Shown here piece after piece: positions 50,412 through 64,000 of a DNA stretch of 64,000 bases. This DNA comes from Cirrosporium novae-zelandiae (lineage: Eukaryota). Every line of letters begins with the position of its first letter. Position 1 is the stretch's first letter. Under the pieces are notes generated by a model. The model was given only the letters and a program-made list of their open reading frames with translations, was not told the DNA's origin and searched no databases. The stretch lies in the NCBI GenBank assembly GCA_026023565.1, contig JAPETS010000005.1, positions 868,001 through 932,000 of the forward strand, in the 5' to 3' direction. The translations under genes and the position numbers were made by a program.

Positions 50412-53194
50412 ATGGCCCTTGACAATGCCCAGGTGAAGGAACTTCTTCTCAAGCTTGAGGCGGACCGGATTGCCTACTTTGATACCTTGGCCCGTACCCA
50501 AGAACAATTATCGCAGACCTTGACCACCTTTGCCAACATTCCCTCGACATCCAATAGAATACTCGATCGTCCGCCCATCAGGTCTCCCACTTCAACCACA
50601 GCCCCTCAAGATGTTGATAGCTACAAGAAGGGTTCAACCTTCACCGGCGATGATGATGACAGCTCTATTGATGATGATAATGAATCGCTATTTGTTCAGC
50701 AGCCATTGCCACCTGATTTCTATGATGAGGCGGGACTTTGTGAACATATAAGGAATTACAAATGGGACCAGTTTGGCAAAAAGATATTAGATTCGCTGGT
50801 GGATATAGGTCCACACCTCGAAAACGGCAACATAAATCTATTCCCCGCTGTCGAGGGCCCGGTAGAAGATCGTTCCCATCTCACCCATCACCAGAATTTT
50901 GACATCGGTGCCGATGGTGCCCCATTGCTGGTCCGAAAGGCCGACGAGAATGCATCCAATGCCTTGAAATTCTGGAAAAACGCAAAAGTAAGTCATTATG
51001 CATATTTAGTTGGTCCCAACTTCTAATCACTCGGTTTCCAAAGAGCTTAAATGCAGACCCTAAAACGCAACGGCAAGCCGTTGGGAGAATAACGCAAGTA
51101 GCCCTTCCTTACATTGAGCTCTAGCTATTCCGAGGCCATGGCTTCGCAGGTTGCAGCGATAGAATCATCCTCTTATCCAATATGACCAGAGCCACCCAAT
51201 ATACCTGACTTCAATATCAACTAACATCCACAAAGGATAATTCGCGAACCTTCACCGATGTTATTTGCAGCGCTTCATTATGCGCTAAACAAACATTTTG
51301 ACATGGATGAAGTCTTTCGTCTCCTCGCAGATAATAGACCGAGCCGGGTAGGGTCATTCTGCTAGATGTTTACGGTATTGCCGGAGCACAGTGCTAACAG
51401 ATTGAACAAGGCTATAATGAATCGAGCATTTGAGAAAGATGAACGCCGGCAGAGGAGTTTTCTCTTCAACTTCGAGTATTTTACCTTAATTGGGGATGAT
51501 TGCAAACCAATGAAGTGGCAACAATCAGATGATCAATTACGCGGTTCCTCCAAGACACATCTACCCATTACTCGTTGCTCATCAGTTACGGCCCTATCGC
51601 TCTCTGGCCCCCCAATTAGCTCTGTCAAGAGTCGAGAAAGAAAGTCCAAGGGCGCCATTGGGCACGTTTTCGATCCCTTTGCGCCTTGGAGATTATTATC
51701 TGTACAATGTTATCCTGATTGGAAAAGTTCCCTCGATAGCCATGATTCTACGAAACACTATGTGAATGGACCTGAAGCATTTATGGTAACGCTGAGAGCG
51801 GAATTCAGAGATGCTCAGAAAAGAATGCTGGAAATTTACCGAAGAATTAACACTCTTGTCTCAATGCCCGTGAGTTGATCTAACGTTGCAGAATTGGTGT
51901 ATAATCTATACTAATCCTAGATTAGGCCGAATATCTCTTCAAGGAGGCTTCGAGGGATAAGCTGCTCTTTGAAGATGCTAATTTCACTTACTCTAGGAGG
52001 TACTTTTGGGCATATCAAACTTTGGGAGTTTTGAATGACAACATCCAAGCAATATGCAGCTCCTACAAAAATACCTTTACGGATGATGTCTGGAATGGCA
52101 GAAATAAAATCATCTGGCCAGGAACAGCTGACCAGTCAAGTCGTCATGCTCACTGGCGTAAAAAAATGAACGGTCTAAGAAAAGACATGGAATACGAAAT
52201 CGACCGTCTCGAAGAGATTATCGACCTCAACATCCAGAAGCAGAAGGATATTGATCGGCTTCGTGAATATGTTGGTGCCTATCTTCCCCGTGATGATTGC
52301 CCGCCCTTGCTTACATGTCCTTTTAGCTCTTCAGCGGGACATCCGTTCTGGAAAGTCGTAAATCCGTGGACCAAGCTGTGATAACGGTCAATCAAGGTCA
52401 TAATATTAAATTGTTGACCTTGATTACTATTTTTTTCCTCCCCCTGACCTTTGTTACTGTATGTCTCTTCGTGCAACCCCCTCCCTGATCATATGCTTAC
52501 CTAACACCAGTCCGTCTTTGGTATGACCAACATGCCTCAGGAGCACAATTTCGTTCCATTTGCGATTGTCACCGTCGTCATTTGTGTTCCAACATACTTG
52601 CTGATCGGCTCCCTCAACACAACCGAAGGTTTGAAGTTTTGGCAAGAGTTGTTCGCTGCCCTCTTCAAACATCCAGCAAATGCCATTGTCCGGCTAGCAA
52701 AACTCCCCGGGAAAATCTTCTATCCAGACGTCTCAAGAGCAAGTAGTCGGAGAGGATCGATGAGTAGCCTCTACGCAGAGTCAATCGACAGTGATTATGA
52801 CCAGAAGCCAGAACGTCTCCGTCATCGATCTCAATCCGCGATGAACGCCATTGCTGCTCGTACTGGAAAAATGCCGGTTACCCGACCGCGAACCGATACA
52901 ATGGAGACTGGAAAATCAGCCGAGGAATTATCAAAACTTGGAGAGCTCCAAGCCAAATCTCCCGATCGCTCAGATGCCACCGTTAGATTCCACGGGGTCG
53001 CTAACAACTCCCAAGCTGGTATACAAGAGAAGACGGACGAGATGGATTCACAGGAGTCCAAGGCCGACGGGACAACCGGGATGAAAATTGATGGACGAAC
53101 AGTGAGACCCCGAAAAAGGCTTGGGATGCTTAACAACTTATTTAGATGGAGTCAGTCGAATAGATCAAAGACCGCTGGGACCGAACTGTGCTAG
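50412..53194 (+). CDS. Fungal CorA-like Mg2+ transporter-domain protein (multi-exon)
   Basis: LLFEDANFTYSRRYFWAYQTL; LFSGTSVLESRKSV; NIKLLTLITIFFLPLTFVT-SVFGMTNM (CorA GMN-like) followed by a second TM helix. Confidence 0.8.
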
Positions 53195-53290
53195 CAGAAT
53201 AATATTTGAAATTTTTATTTTACCGAACACGTATCAAGGCCGTCAGCTGGAGCCGTAAGCTAGGAGCCGGCAAGATGCTACATGCAAATA

Positions 53291-53863
53291 TCAGATTTCA
53301 AGTGGAGGCCAGTTGCCATATTCCTCCCCAGTTGCCTCGACTCTAACCTTCTGCGCTGGTACCAGAACGAACATGATTCTTACTGGCTCGGTGCTTCTAT
53401 TGTGCCAACCATGATAGGTAGCTCGTTGAACGGCAACATCCCCTTCTTTCATTACCGTCTCTGTTCCGTCATCCAGCTCCAGCACCGCCTCTCCTTTCAG
53501 AATGACTCCGAAATCCAAGCTTATTGTCCTATGGAGGGGGCCTGTGGCGCCTGGCCCTATATCGACGATGCGGCAAGTCACCCCAGTGTTGCTTGCCAGA
53601 GTTATGGTCTTTCCATTGCACTCTTCCCATTGTCCCTGAACTTCGGCAGGTATAGTTTGGCTGCGCCATAGATTCGTAAACCTGGTGTCTGGCAGAGCGG
53701 GAGGGGAGACGCCCTTGGCCTCGGCAAGCTCGGCGGCCTTTTCCAAGGTATGTGCAGGGAGAATGGGCTCCTGGGGCTCCAGCACGCTGTCAGAGGCAAT
53801 TATTGCTTTGCCGTTGGCGTCGTGGCCGGTGATGACTCGGCGAGGGGGGGGAAGCGAGGACAT
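53291..53863 (-). CDS. Cupin-2 domain protein
   Basis: RRVITGHDANGKA; LHRTISLDFGVILKGE; GDVAVQRATYHGWHNRS. Confidence 0.9.
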   Translation of the reverse strand: MSSLPPPRRVITGHDANGKAIIASDSVLEPQEPILPAHTLEKAAELAEAKGVSPPALPDTRFTNLWRSQTIPAEVQGQWEECNGKTITLASNTGVTCRIVDIGPGATGPLHRTISLDFGVILKGEAVLELDDGTETVMKEGDVAVQRATYHGWHNRSTEPVRIMFVLVPAQKVRVEATGEEYGNWPPLEI

Positions 53864-54609
53864 GGTTTGTAGTCAAGGTGGCGTCAAGACTGGTTATCAA
53901 GATGGAGGGAACACGTAATAATTTAAGATGTGTTGAGCTTTTAGGGTGGAAAAGGGCCTCTCCATGTGGATGCTAACAAGCACATGTATTTATAGGCAGA
54001 CTCCTCTCCCCGAGTATGCAGTGTCACGCCGGGATGTTCGTCTTGGCTAGCGAACACCGATTTACACGTCCAGTAATACGACAAACATTTTTGGGAGGGA
54101 TTGTTGAAACCCAAGCGGCTTACCATAGTCTGGAAGTAGACGCAACACTCAATGATGGGGATGACATAACCGGCCCGTCTCACCTTTCCCCGCCATACAG
54201 CACTCTCAAGATAATAATCAGAACTTTAAATTGAAACTCCGTGAAACCCCCAAGTCGGTCTTGGCATTTACCAGAAATTATCTGGCTGCATGTCGTCTAA
54301 CCTGAGCTGAACATCCCTGCTTTGTGATATCTACCACAGTGCTTGGTACTGGCTAGCCAACCAGAGACAACCACCACAACCACCAACGGGTTAAATGTTG
54401 GCCCGTGTGCCCGCACGCCCGCACCTCCAATAAATAACTTTATATCCACCGCCCACCGCTCGCCCGCCCGCCCGTCTGTGCATTGTATGTGGATGAAACC
54501 AGGTTTCTATTTTCTATGCTATGGTTAGTTGTCCCCGGAATAAACAAATCATTGTTTCTTGTGTTCTTATGTGGGTTAGCTACCTAGCTACTCGAGTATA
54601 AATCGAGGG

Positions 54610-54650
<41 letters not shown>

Positions 54651-54651
54651 G
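54610..54651. repeat. (GTT)n microsatellite
   Basis: About 14 GTT units. Confidence 0.9.
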
Positions 54652-55255
54652 CAATCACCAAGACCTCACTTACCTTAGGTTTCCTGCCCTAGATACTATA
54701 ACCCGTGTGCCATATCTATCTTCTAGATAAAGGCCTCTGCTGGTAAGCAAGTATTATCTATGGATATGGATATGTGAGGGGACTCCCTGGCTAGAGGGAG
54801 ATAGGGGGCGGGGGGGGGGTCATGGTCGGGGATGTTAGATATTATACTGAGTATGTGGGTTATGTTAGTATAGTTGCAAGGGAAGATCATCGGATTGAGG
54901 TTGGGCTTTAGGGTTTTAGGGTTTAGATGCCCTGGAGATGTTTCAATGGATATATCTATATATACGTACAGTACATTATATCATCACCAACCTACCTTTA
55001 TCCATTATTTCCCTTTCCCTTTCTTTCTCCGTTATACACCTAGGTAAATATGTCACCAATGCAGTCACTACAATACACTTCCCTTTTCTATTAGAAGGAA
55101 GGGCTGAGAAAAGGAAAGCCAATAACCACTTTCATGTATCTATTTAGGTACTATACTATACCTAAGTAAATAAATTAAAAGGACGCGTAAGTTAAAAGGG
55201 GGCGTGAGATATATAAGGATATATCCCATATATAACCTAGCCGTGCTGTTAACCT

Positions 55256-55300
55256 CTTTCTTTTCTTTTCTTTTCTTTTCTTTTCTTTTCTTTTCTTTTT
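55256..55300. repeat. (TTTTC)n simple repeat
   Basis: About 8 pentamer units in an AT-rich intergenic region. Confidence 0.85.
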
Positions 55301-56072
55301 TTTTCCATTCCTTTTTTTTTTTCCTTTTTTTGGTCTTTAATAACAAATGGTAATTAACACCATATATCTATAATGGCATTACCATCCATTAGACCATTCA
55401 ACTATCAGCAATTATCCCTCCCCCCCTTTTTTTTTCCTTTTTTTTTTCCTTTTTCCTTTTCCCTTGTTATTAAAGCCCATTTACTCTACTCTTTCGTTTC
55501 TAATTATCACATACATGCCGTCTTACAATTATAACAATCATACGAAAAATTAATTTAATTTCTCTCACCAGAATATATATAGCACATAACACGTACAGCA
55601 CATAACACGTATAACAAGTACAACAAGGGATTGTACTATACAAGAAGTATATTACAGAACTCCCTAGAACTATATCCTCTATCCCCCCTTTCCCCCCACA
55701 CCCACACACACATAAAGCGAGTCCCTCCCTTCCTTCTTAGTTCCCTCCCTTCCCTCCCACAAGTAAGTCCAAAGTTCAAAAAAATTCCAGTTTTTCCTTT
55801 CCCTTTTTCCTTTTCCTTCTAAATTTTTAGAAAGTTTTTTTATCCATTCAAAAAAAAAAGAAAAAAAAAATAGTAGCAAATATCAATCTTATAAAAGAGA
55901 GAGGGCTTCCAAAATCAAGGGTTCTTTATTAATGAATTGGTAGTTATTATTATTAATTTCTAAAAAGAAGAAAAAAAAAACTCAATTTAAAATATCTCGT
56001 CATCCTATCAAAGGGGTCACACCTATTTATTATATGGAGGGGGTTGGAACCCTGGAGTAGAGTAACTGTTAC

Positions 56073-56260
56073 CAGGGAAGGGAAGGGAATAGACTAGACC
56101 GGTCTGACATGGTCAAAATAACCTCATGTTGGGGTGACACGGATCAGCAGTACTGTAAGGACGTTCACGACTGTTGCTGCAAGTAATAATCAAATTATCG
56201 CAGCAATAATCACCTTCAGACCGGTCTGGTCTGGTCTGGTCTGGTCTATTCCCTTCACTA
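56073..56260. mobile_element. hAT-type MITE related to the 8247 element, with different internal sequence
   Basis: Ends CAGGGAAGGGAAGGGAATAGACTAGACCGGTCTGA and TCAGACCGGTCT(GGTCT)4ATTCCCTTCACTA. No TSD. Confidence 0.7.
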
Positions 56261-56489
56261 TAGTACTAGAATTATAGTCCTAGTTGACCTGAACATATAT
56301 ATCCTATCAAAGCAAAAAGGGTTATTAGACTTAACCAACTATACTGATCAAGTCAAAAAAAAAAAAAAAAAAAAAAGATGCCAGTCTAACACCTCCCGTC
56401 CATCCAGGTAGGCGGCTTTACAAACCATGTCTCAACATATCCCGTATTTAACGCAAAAACAATAATCTTAGAACTCCCCCCCTCCCCAA

Positions 56490-58622
56490 CTAAAACCCCA
56501 TATACTCCCTTCCCTGCTTCGCATGAGCCACGTTTTCCACCTCCCCAATCGCCAACCACCCAGTCCCATCAGCGAGATTACTAACTTCGCCAAATCTCAG
56601 CTTGAGGTTCTTCATTGCTCTTGCTCGCTGCATGCCATCGAGATTCGGGTCTCCGGATAGATTTGGTGCGTAGGGGCTCTCCCTTGCCAGGGAGGATACG
56701 TAGCCGAGACATTCGGGCATGGTTAGTTTTCTGTTGAATACGACCCCTATTATGGCGGTCGCGAGCATGGCGCTCGAAGATATTATAAGCGCCATGACCC
56801 AGTGCCGAGAGCAGACGTAGACTGTACGTAAGTTCGTCACGTCGCCGATCATTGTTATTATTGCGGTTCCGTTTGAGATCATCGAGTCTATCTCTTCTGG
56901 GTTTTTTGTGCTATTTATCGCGATGGAGCTTCCATTTACGATCCTAGTGCGTATCATACCTGAGACATTGGTACCAAGGCTAAAAAATTCTTGAGGGTCT
57001 TGGAACTTGAACTCCGCCCCGGTGAGATACTGGATTGCCCCGTACATTATTGAATAAAGAAAAGCGTTCAAAATCTGTGCTAGACGAGGGCCAAAATCTT
57101 GCAAAGGCAATCGAAGGAAGCGACTTTCTTTTTTGTCCACATATGAGATCATTTTTGATTGTATAAAGGTTGGATCCTGACAATAAATGTAATTTTGCAT
57201 AATGTCGATAAATCCAAACTGCGCCGTGGCGTTTGGGAGTAACGCTCCAATTTCCTGTATAACACCAGTAATAGATAGCCTGGTGAGATTTGTAGGCAGG
57301 TGTGGCAAGGTTGATAAACGTTGTTCGATAACAGAGCAGTTTTTGGAACCAGTGGCTTTTGTGCAGTTGATTCTTGATTCAACATAGGCTTGTGATGGAG
57401 TACAATAGACATATGTGTCATTATTATACCCAGTCATGTCCAAGTAAAGAAGACTCCCTGCGTCAAAAGCGCTATTGGAAATATTAGATGGGAGATATTT
57501 GTATTTCTCGGGGAGATAAGAGCCTTTATAGCCAATTGCCCAAGGGTAATCATAAGTGACATTCCTGTAACTAACGTATGGTCCCTCTGGTCTAATGGTA
57601 AAAGGACCTCCGAGCGGCAGGGAGTTGATTTTTGTGCAATTTAATTCAAGGTATGTTGACTCTAGAGTAAAGGAAGAATTTCCTTCTGGGATTCCTGATA
57701 ACGGTATACCAAATAGGGAGGAGTATTGAATGGAGTTGCTCTGAGATACGTTCCTCCAACCTTGCTTTTCTCCAGACGAGGAGAGATTTGAATAGAATGG
57801 GATTTTCACGTTTCCCCAGATATCAGCAGGGCCTTGCTTCACTGACATGGGAGCGAGCAGCGAAGCACTAAATAAAGCCCCAAATGAAGAGAACCAATTA
57901 CCGAATAAAGGGGGGTTCTCTGCGGCAACTGCTGCTCGAGAGTTGATATAGCTTATATTAGCCGTCGAGGGGATAGGTATCTGAGTTGTAGAAAAAACAT
58001 GGAGGAGCGATTGTGCACCAAGGGGCGATAAACACCAAAGAAGGATGACGAGTATTCCGACAACATTGAAGGACCGGAGTTGGAATAGGGTTGTCATGGC
58101 CGCTCCAAAGCTCCTACTCCCCATCAGATGTTCTAAAAGTCCGAGGGTGGTGCCCCTTTGGAGCATCCATGAGGCGAACTTGATTGTTGCTCGACCGACG
58201 ACAGCTGCGAAACAGTAGGGGAATAGGGTGCTTGCCTAAGTTGATATTGATAAACTGATTAGTATATACATAAAATTAACTAAATACGTTGAGAAACCTA
58301 CTACTTTGATTACCTCTTGCAAGTTCTGATACTTATCCTGATCGACCTTTTTATCATCTTTAACTATCATCACCCCCGCAAGAAGGAGAAAAGGCAAAGG
58401 AATCATTACAAACGTAACATCAATTAGGGTGTCCGTAAACCAATCTTTCTTAGACTTTTTCAATAGGTAAGACACTGATGACCTGTGTGGTAGTGGAGGC
58501 CTGTTCTGCTGGTGGTCTGGGGACAGCAACCGGGTGTTAGATTCACTCGACGGGGTTCCCACCCATCCTTCATTGCGGCTTTGGATTTCAAATTCGGTCA
58601 AATGGATGTTTTTTCCTGACAT
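56490..58622 (-). CDS. Uncharacterised fungal glycosylated membrane protein (2 exons)
   Basis: Exon 1 has a TM helix. Exon 2 has FPYCFAAVVGR..LQRGTTLGLLEHL, LLWCLSPLGAQS, DIWGNVKIP, YSSLFGIP and P.CLGYVSSL..LDGMQRAR..LRFGEV, motifs typical of a widespread Pezizomycotina hypothetical family. Confidence 0.75.
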
Positions 58623-59467
58623 TTTGAATCAGTGATGAGTATAACAATTGTAATACCGAAGACAACGTATAAATATTCTAGTCAAACATACAACCTTCAA
58701 GTATGCGAGGCTTTTCGGGAGTTCCACAACCACTATCGCAAGGCTGAGAAGCCTTCAATATTGTTTATGCATCAATAGCTAAAAAAAAGCTTCTACTCCC
58801 TAACTTCGTGTTCCTAGAGCTGGCAGGAACTGGGAGTTGAACAATATACCGAAAATTGGTTGCTTGCAGCATCGAGCCTACCACTGAAATAAAATACGAT
58901 AAATACAAGGCAAAACAAGTGGAATTAATACATCCAAGCAAAAAATAAAAGAGAAGAGGGGAGTGAATACGCGAATCTCACATTTTTTGGTTCTTTTCTC
59001 TACTATAGAGAAGAAAGGGGTACAGGTTATGTTGAAAGGCAGGCAGATAGGCGAGATTAGAAATCGGATATCCAATCGCTGTGTAAACTAACAAGCAAGA
59101 TAGCTATATTCGTGGTTTTGATATAGGCATGATATTGGACACGGCTGCCACATTTGGGGCTGGACTTGTGTGTTGCTAGGAAGGGGCCTTGAGGATGGTA
59201 CGACAGAGCTTAGTCATGGCGAGGATTGGAACAGAAAGGAGAAAGGAACTTGGGCGTGGCTTGAGATAAAGAACCGCCAAGGCTTTAGAGGACGAGCTGT
59301 AGATAATAGAGAAGGGGTAATTCATGTACATTAAGTAAATTAAAATACAAATGTAATTAGTCGGTTGGTAGAAGAGAACCATCAAGTCGTAAGACGTTGG
59401 TACAAGATATCACGATAAACCTAAATCCCGTGTTATATACTCATATACTATTTGAAATAGGGTATCA

Positions 59468-60614
59468 TCAAGAAACTCCAGAAACCCCCTTGAACACGCG
59501 CTGAACCACCCCTTTCTCGAGGTCAACGACACTATCATGATCCGCACCTGCCACCCACTCACTGCGGTAATCCAAATATTTACGTACCTCTTCCTCGCGC
59601 CAACAACTGTCAAACCAACCCTGTCCCTTGTGGCTGCAAAGAACATCTTTCTCTGGGAAAAAGACGCGCACCTCGAGCTCTACATGGCCTTCTTGCTGCC
59701 GTTTCTGTTCTTGTTTGGCAATCTTAAGTATAGCATCGTCCTCGTCTTCAAAAGCATTCCAAAGGCCCTCTCTTGCTTTTAGGCAGAGAAGTGCCTCATC
59801 GTTGGCACCGAGGGTACTTTCTGCAAATAGATTATCCATGACAAGAGCGGATAATGTTTCCTTGTATTCCCTCTCTTCCTTGTCAGCTGCAGTATATGCC
59901 CTTGCTTCGTCCGAGGGGAGTGCTGGCCTTGCCCCGGTCATGGAAGCGGAGATCGGCCCAGCACTAAATTGAAGTGCTGGGTTGATATTCCTGAGCACGA
60001 ATCTGTTGATACTGTCAAACTTTCCCACAAAATTTTCCGGTAGCATTCCCGCAAGTCGTAAAAATCCAACCCCCGAATGATCGTAATGAACCCAAGGGCT
60101 AAAGAGTGTGACGGAAGGTCGCTCAGGATCTAGGTAATGTCGGAGATGGATCAGAAAGTTTAATAGGTATATGGTACCAGCGCAATGGCTCAGGATGGAA
60201 ACATGACGAATTCCATGGTAGTTGAAGATGCGTTGGACGATTTCAAGCCATGCGGGAATGCGCTGGGCGAGCGGCACAGCGGCGCTACCTCCAAGACCAG
60301 GGCGGTCAAGACAGAGGAGGCGAATCTTGTGTTCCTGAGCGAGTCTATCATAGACTGTATTCAGATAGCGACTGCCATACATGCCAGGAATAATGAAAAG
60401 TGTACGAGGCGAGTCGAGGGAGCCGGCGAGAGAGTAAGAGACTCGGAGGGGGTCGGTGAGAAACTCGCAAGATGGGTCGGGCGGAATGACGATAGAACGA
60501 TGGTGCTTGAGTAAGGAGATTTCTTCGATGGCTCTAGCATTCACCGTTAGTATTAGTTCTGTCTCTTCTATCCAAGATGGGGTTTAGGCACCTATTTTTA
60601 CCTACGGTAGCCAT
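59468..60614 (-). CDS. Alpha/beta-hydrolase fold protein (5' exon uncertain)
   Basis: RVSYSLAG..PGMYGSR; LCLDRPGLGGS; nucleophile elbow LSHCAG; acid residue EKDVL; catalytic His in GADHDSV. Confidence 0.8.
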
Positions 60615-63263
60615 TTTTGGTACTCGTGAGGTGTTTTTAGGGTCTTAAAGTTGCTATTTTGACAGTCAAATGATGGACAAGTTAATGTTCAGTCCCAGTT
60701 AGACAATTCAACTGTGAAAAGACAATCCGTTATGTACTTCGGCATGTGGTGTTCATAGCGTCAACAGCGTTCAAGGCATTCTGGACTTGTTTGCGCTTCG
60801 AAGGATCTAAAACCCCTTGGCAGGATTGCCTTGCCAATCGCAATCAGAATAGATTGAACCATTCATCATGCAGGCGTGAATATCCGCAAAGATGCAGTAA
60901 ATCCTCACCCTTCATCGATTGTGGTTTCCAAATGTAGACACAATTGCAGATATGGATATCCTTGTACTGCATTCTACAAGGCTGAAAAGCCAAATTAGAC
61001 CACCGAGAGTACCACCGACCCCTGTCGATTTCATTCTGAATATGAATAGCGGTACTATAACGAGTTCTTTCTCCTTGACCCAGTGTAACAGGCCCATATC
61101 TTCAATCAAAGTGAAATGTTAGGTGTATAAACTAGGATGCTATCTGATTTATCAGGCCAACTGCTGGTTAAAATTATTTGCCATGTTTACTCATTGACCG
61201 GTTTATCAGCAAACATAATTAATTAATTCAAAGTGTTCAATCTCATAATTGTGTTCTGATACAATGTCTTAATGAAATCTATTCAAGCACTTTGATTTCT
61301 TTTCCTGTCAGATGGTGGTTATTTTGGTTCTTGTCGGTGACCGATTTTCTGCTGTACTGGTGGTAATCGTCCTTCTTTTCTGATTTTATTTTTTCTGGCA
61401 CCGAGTTCTGTGTGTTCCGGATATGCCCATGGTGCCTCTGTTTGAATGCCTTGAGTTGATTCCTATGCGTATCTTTTCGCCTAGTGGGTTTTACAATAAT
61501 GATGATGATTCATTTTGTTGCCCGCATGCTGCCTCCAGATTATGGCGGACATTACAATAATATAAAATATCCTATATTCTTCTTTCTAGCCTCTCCTAGA
61601 GTTACGTCAATCAAGATCTCAGTTAGAGAGTATCCAAATTGGTGGATATGTCTGTCGTTAGCCGCTGCCGCTACCGCCCCCGTTGTTTCCAACCAACAAC
61701 CCCAATTGTGACCACTAGGATCCAGCTAATTTCTCTTCTTCTAGAGCATTTTCGAAGGATAGACTGAAGCACTCGTCTACTATAGAATTGGGTCTCTTGA
61801 CCTTCCTATAGGGACTTTGAAATGGATGGGACGATGCTGAAGATGACTCCTTGCTCATCCATCCATCCTCTTACCAAGTCGTTGTTAATACGGTTCGACC
61901 CCTAACCAAGATACTCGATTTCATATCTTCTCAATTACCATTTTTGCTGAAAAAAGACCGGACTCGTGGTGTGTTTTCTAAAAAAAGGCGCCACCTCCCC
62001 TAGGTTGCCTGAGTTGCACCATTCATCTCCGCCATAAGAGCTAATATTTTTATCAATGGGTTAGAATCTGCCGAATTCGCTTCGCCTCAATCCAATATAA
62101 TAATTGAGATCCTCCAACCAACCCAAAGGTTCTCATTGAATCACGTCGACTCGATCTTAGTCTACTCTTTAATGAATTGTTGTGGCCATCTCCGGACATC
62201 TCATTTTTCTCTACCAGAGAATACTTCTAGAGCCATAGCATCTAAATGCTTTCCTTAATTTTCTTGAGATTGACCACGTCAACTAAATTAGAAATAATAA
62301 TTTCATTACACGTTAATTCTATAAATTTAAATTATTGATGTTCGCTCGTCGGTGTTGTGTTTGCTGTGTTTGTTGTATTTGCTGCTACAACAAACAGGCG
62401 GGGATTATTTGCAAACTCAAAGGGCGTTGATCTCAAGTCACTCTTTGAATGTCGTACCATTCCCTCTTTTAGCTTGTGAACGTTCCAGTCCCATTTTTCG
62501 CCAAGTAAATCTTTGGATCATCGCGATGTTACAGAAATGGCTGAAATAGATGTCATGGGCTGAATTGAAAATATGAGAGGCCATGAGAAGACCATGAAAA
62601 GGCCATGAAAGGCTGCCGAAAAAATAGAAGATTTGAAGTTTATGTTGTCATTGTGGTGCCACATATAATTTAGAACACTCCAAAATCCAAAGGGGAAAGT
62701 TCAGTCGCACTCCTAACCAGAAGAAAGTAATATGTAAAGATTCGAGGTAATTCCAATAATTGGGTTGGAGGAAAATGTCGCAACGGCTTGCATCTCCATC
62801 CATGTAGCTCCACTGTCAAAGATACATGCATGGAGCAATGGACATGCAACAATCAAATACTGAAATTCAATTTGTTCTTGATATTATAAACTTTTAAGCT
62901 GCTGCTGAAGCTCGTTGTCACTCGTACGATACCCGGACGATATCGACATGCCCCTCATTGACCCCTCCATCACATAGTCAACGATAATCTATATATTTAG
63001 ATGCCTTTGTCTCTTCATCTTTTATCTTTATCCTTCATTGCGTTCATTCTTGCAACTGCAGTATTATCTTCTTCAATTGATCTGCTTTCACTAGCTTCAA
63101 TTTCTTATATACTTCGTACTCTTCCTCTTCCCTCTTTGTAGTTTTAATACTGACGGACTCGTAGATCGAGTCAAGTCAGTCTTTACATCCTTCAAAATGG
63201 AAACCATGACCTGCAATCGACTGGAAAACTGCCATAATGATCAAGGTATATCAGGTAAACTGA

Positions 63264-64000
<737 letters not shown>

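Noticed and set aside
54907..54926. Telomere-like TTAGGG repeats (also near 44230-44340)
   Set aside because: Only 2-3 degenerate units in low-complexity DNA, so there is no evidence for an interstitial telomere.

Overview
This is eukaryotic DNA from a filamentous ascomycete (Pezizomycotina-like), with short GT-AG introns and a dispersed 5S rRNA gene. About 14 intact-looking protein genes can be read: a LaeA/TAM-like methyltransferase, a C2H2 protein, SRP68, the PPR protein CYA5/PET309, a GH35 beta-galactosidase, a chromo + F-box-like protein, an amidase, a DUF3433-like membrane protein, END3, an LSH/HELLS-type SNF2 ATPase, KRE6/SKN1, a CorA-like protein, a cupin and an alpha/beta hydrolase. 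There is also an unknown membrane protein and the 5' part of THI4. Five things stand out. (1) A decayed innate-immunity island at 3.5-9.3 kb holds a frameshifted fungal gasdermin (HET-Q1/RCD-1-like, invisible in the ORF track) facing a subtilisin S8 protease, plus a TPR (CHAT-type) fragment. (2) An intronic TPP riboswitch in the THI4 leader has a visible splice-site-masking helix and uORFs. (3) An unassigned structured Pol III-type RNA gene lies at about 37.27-37.53 kb. (4) A hAT-type MITE family has four copies, one nested in a solo LTR with both TSDs intact. (5) A chromovirus-like chromodomain is fused to an F-box-like protein. All family calls come from manual motif recognition, not database searches, and exon boundaries are approximate.
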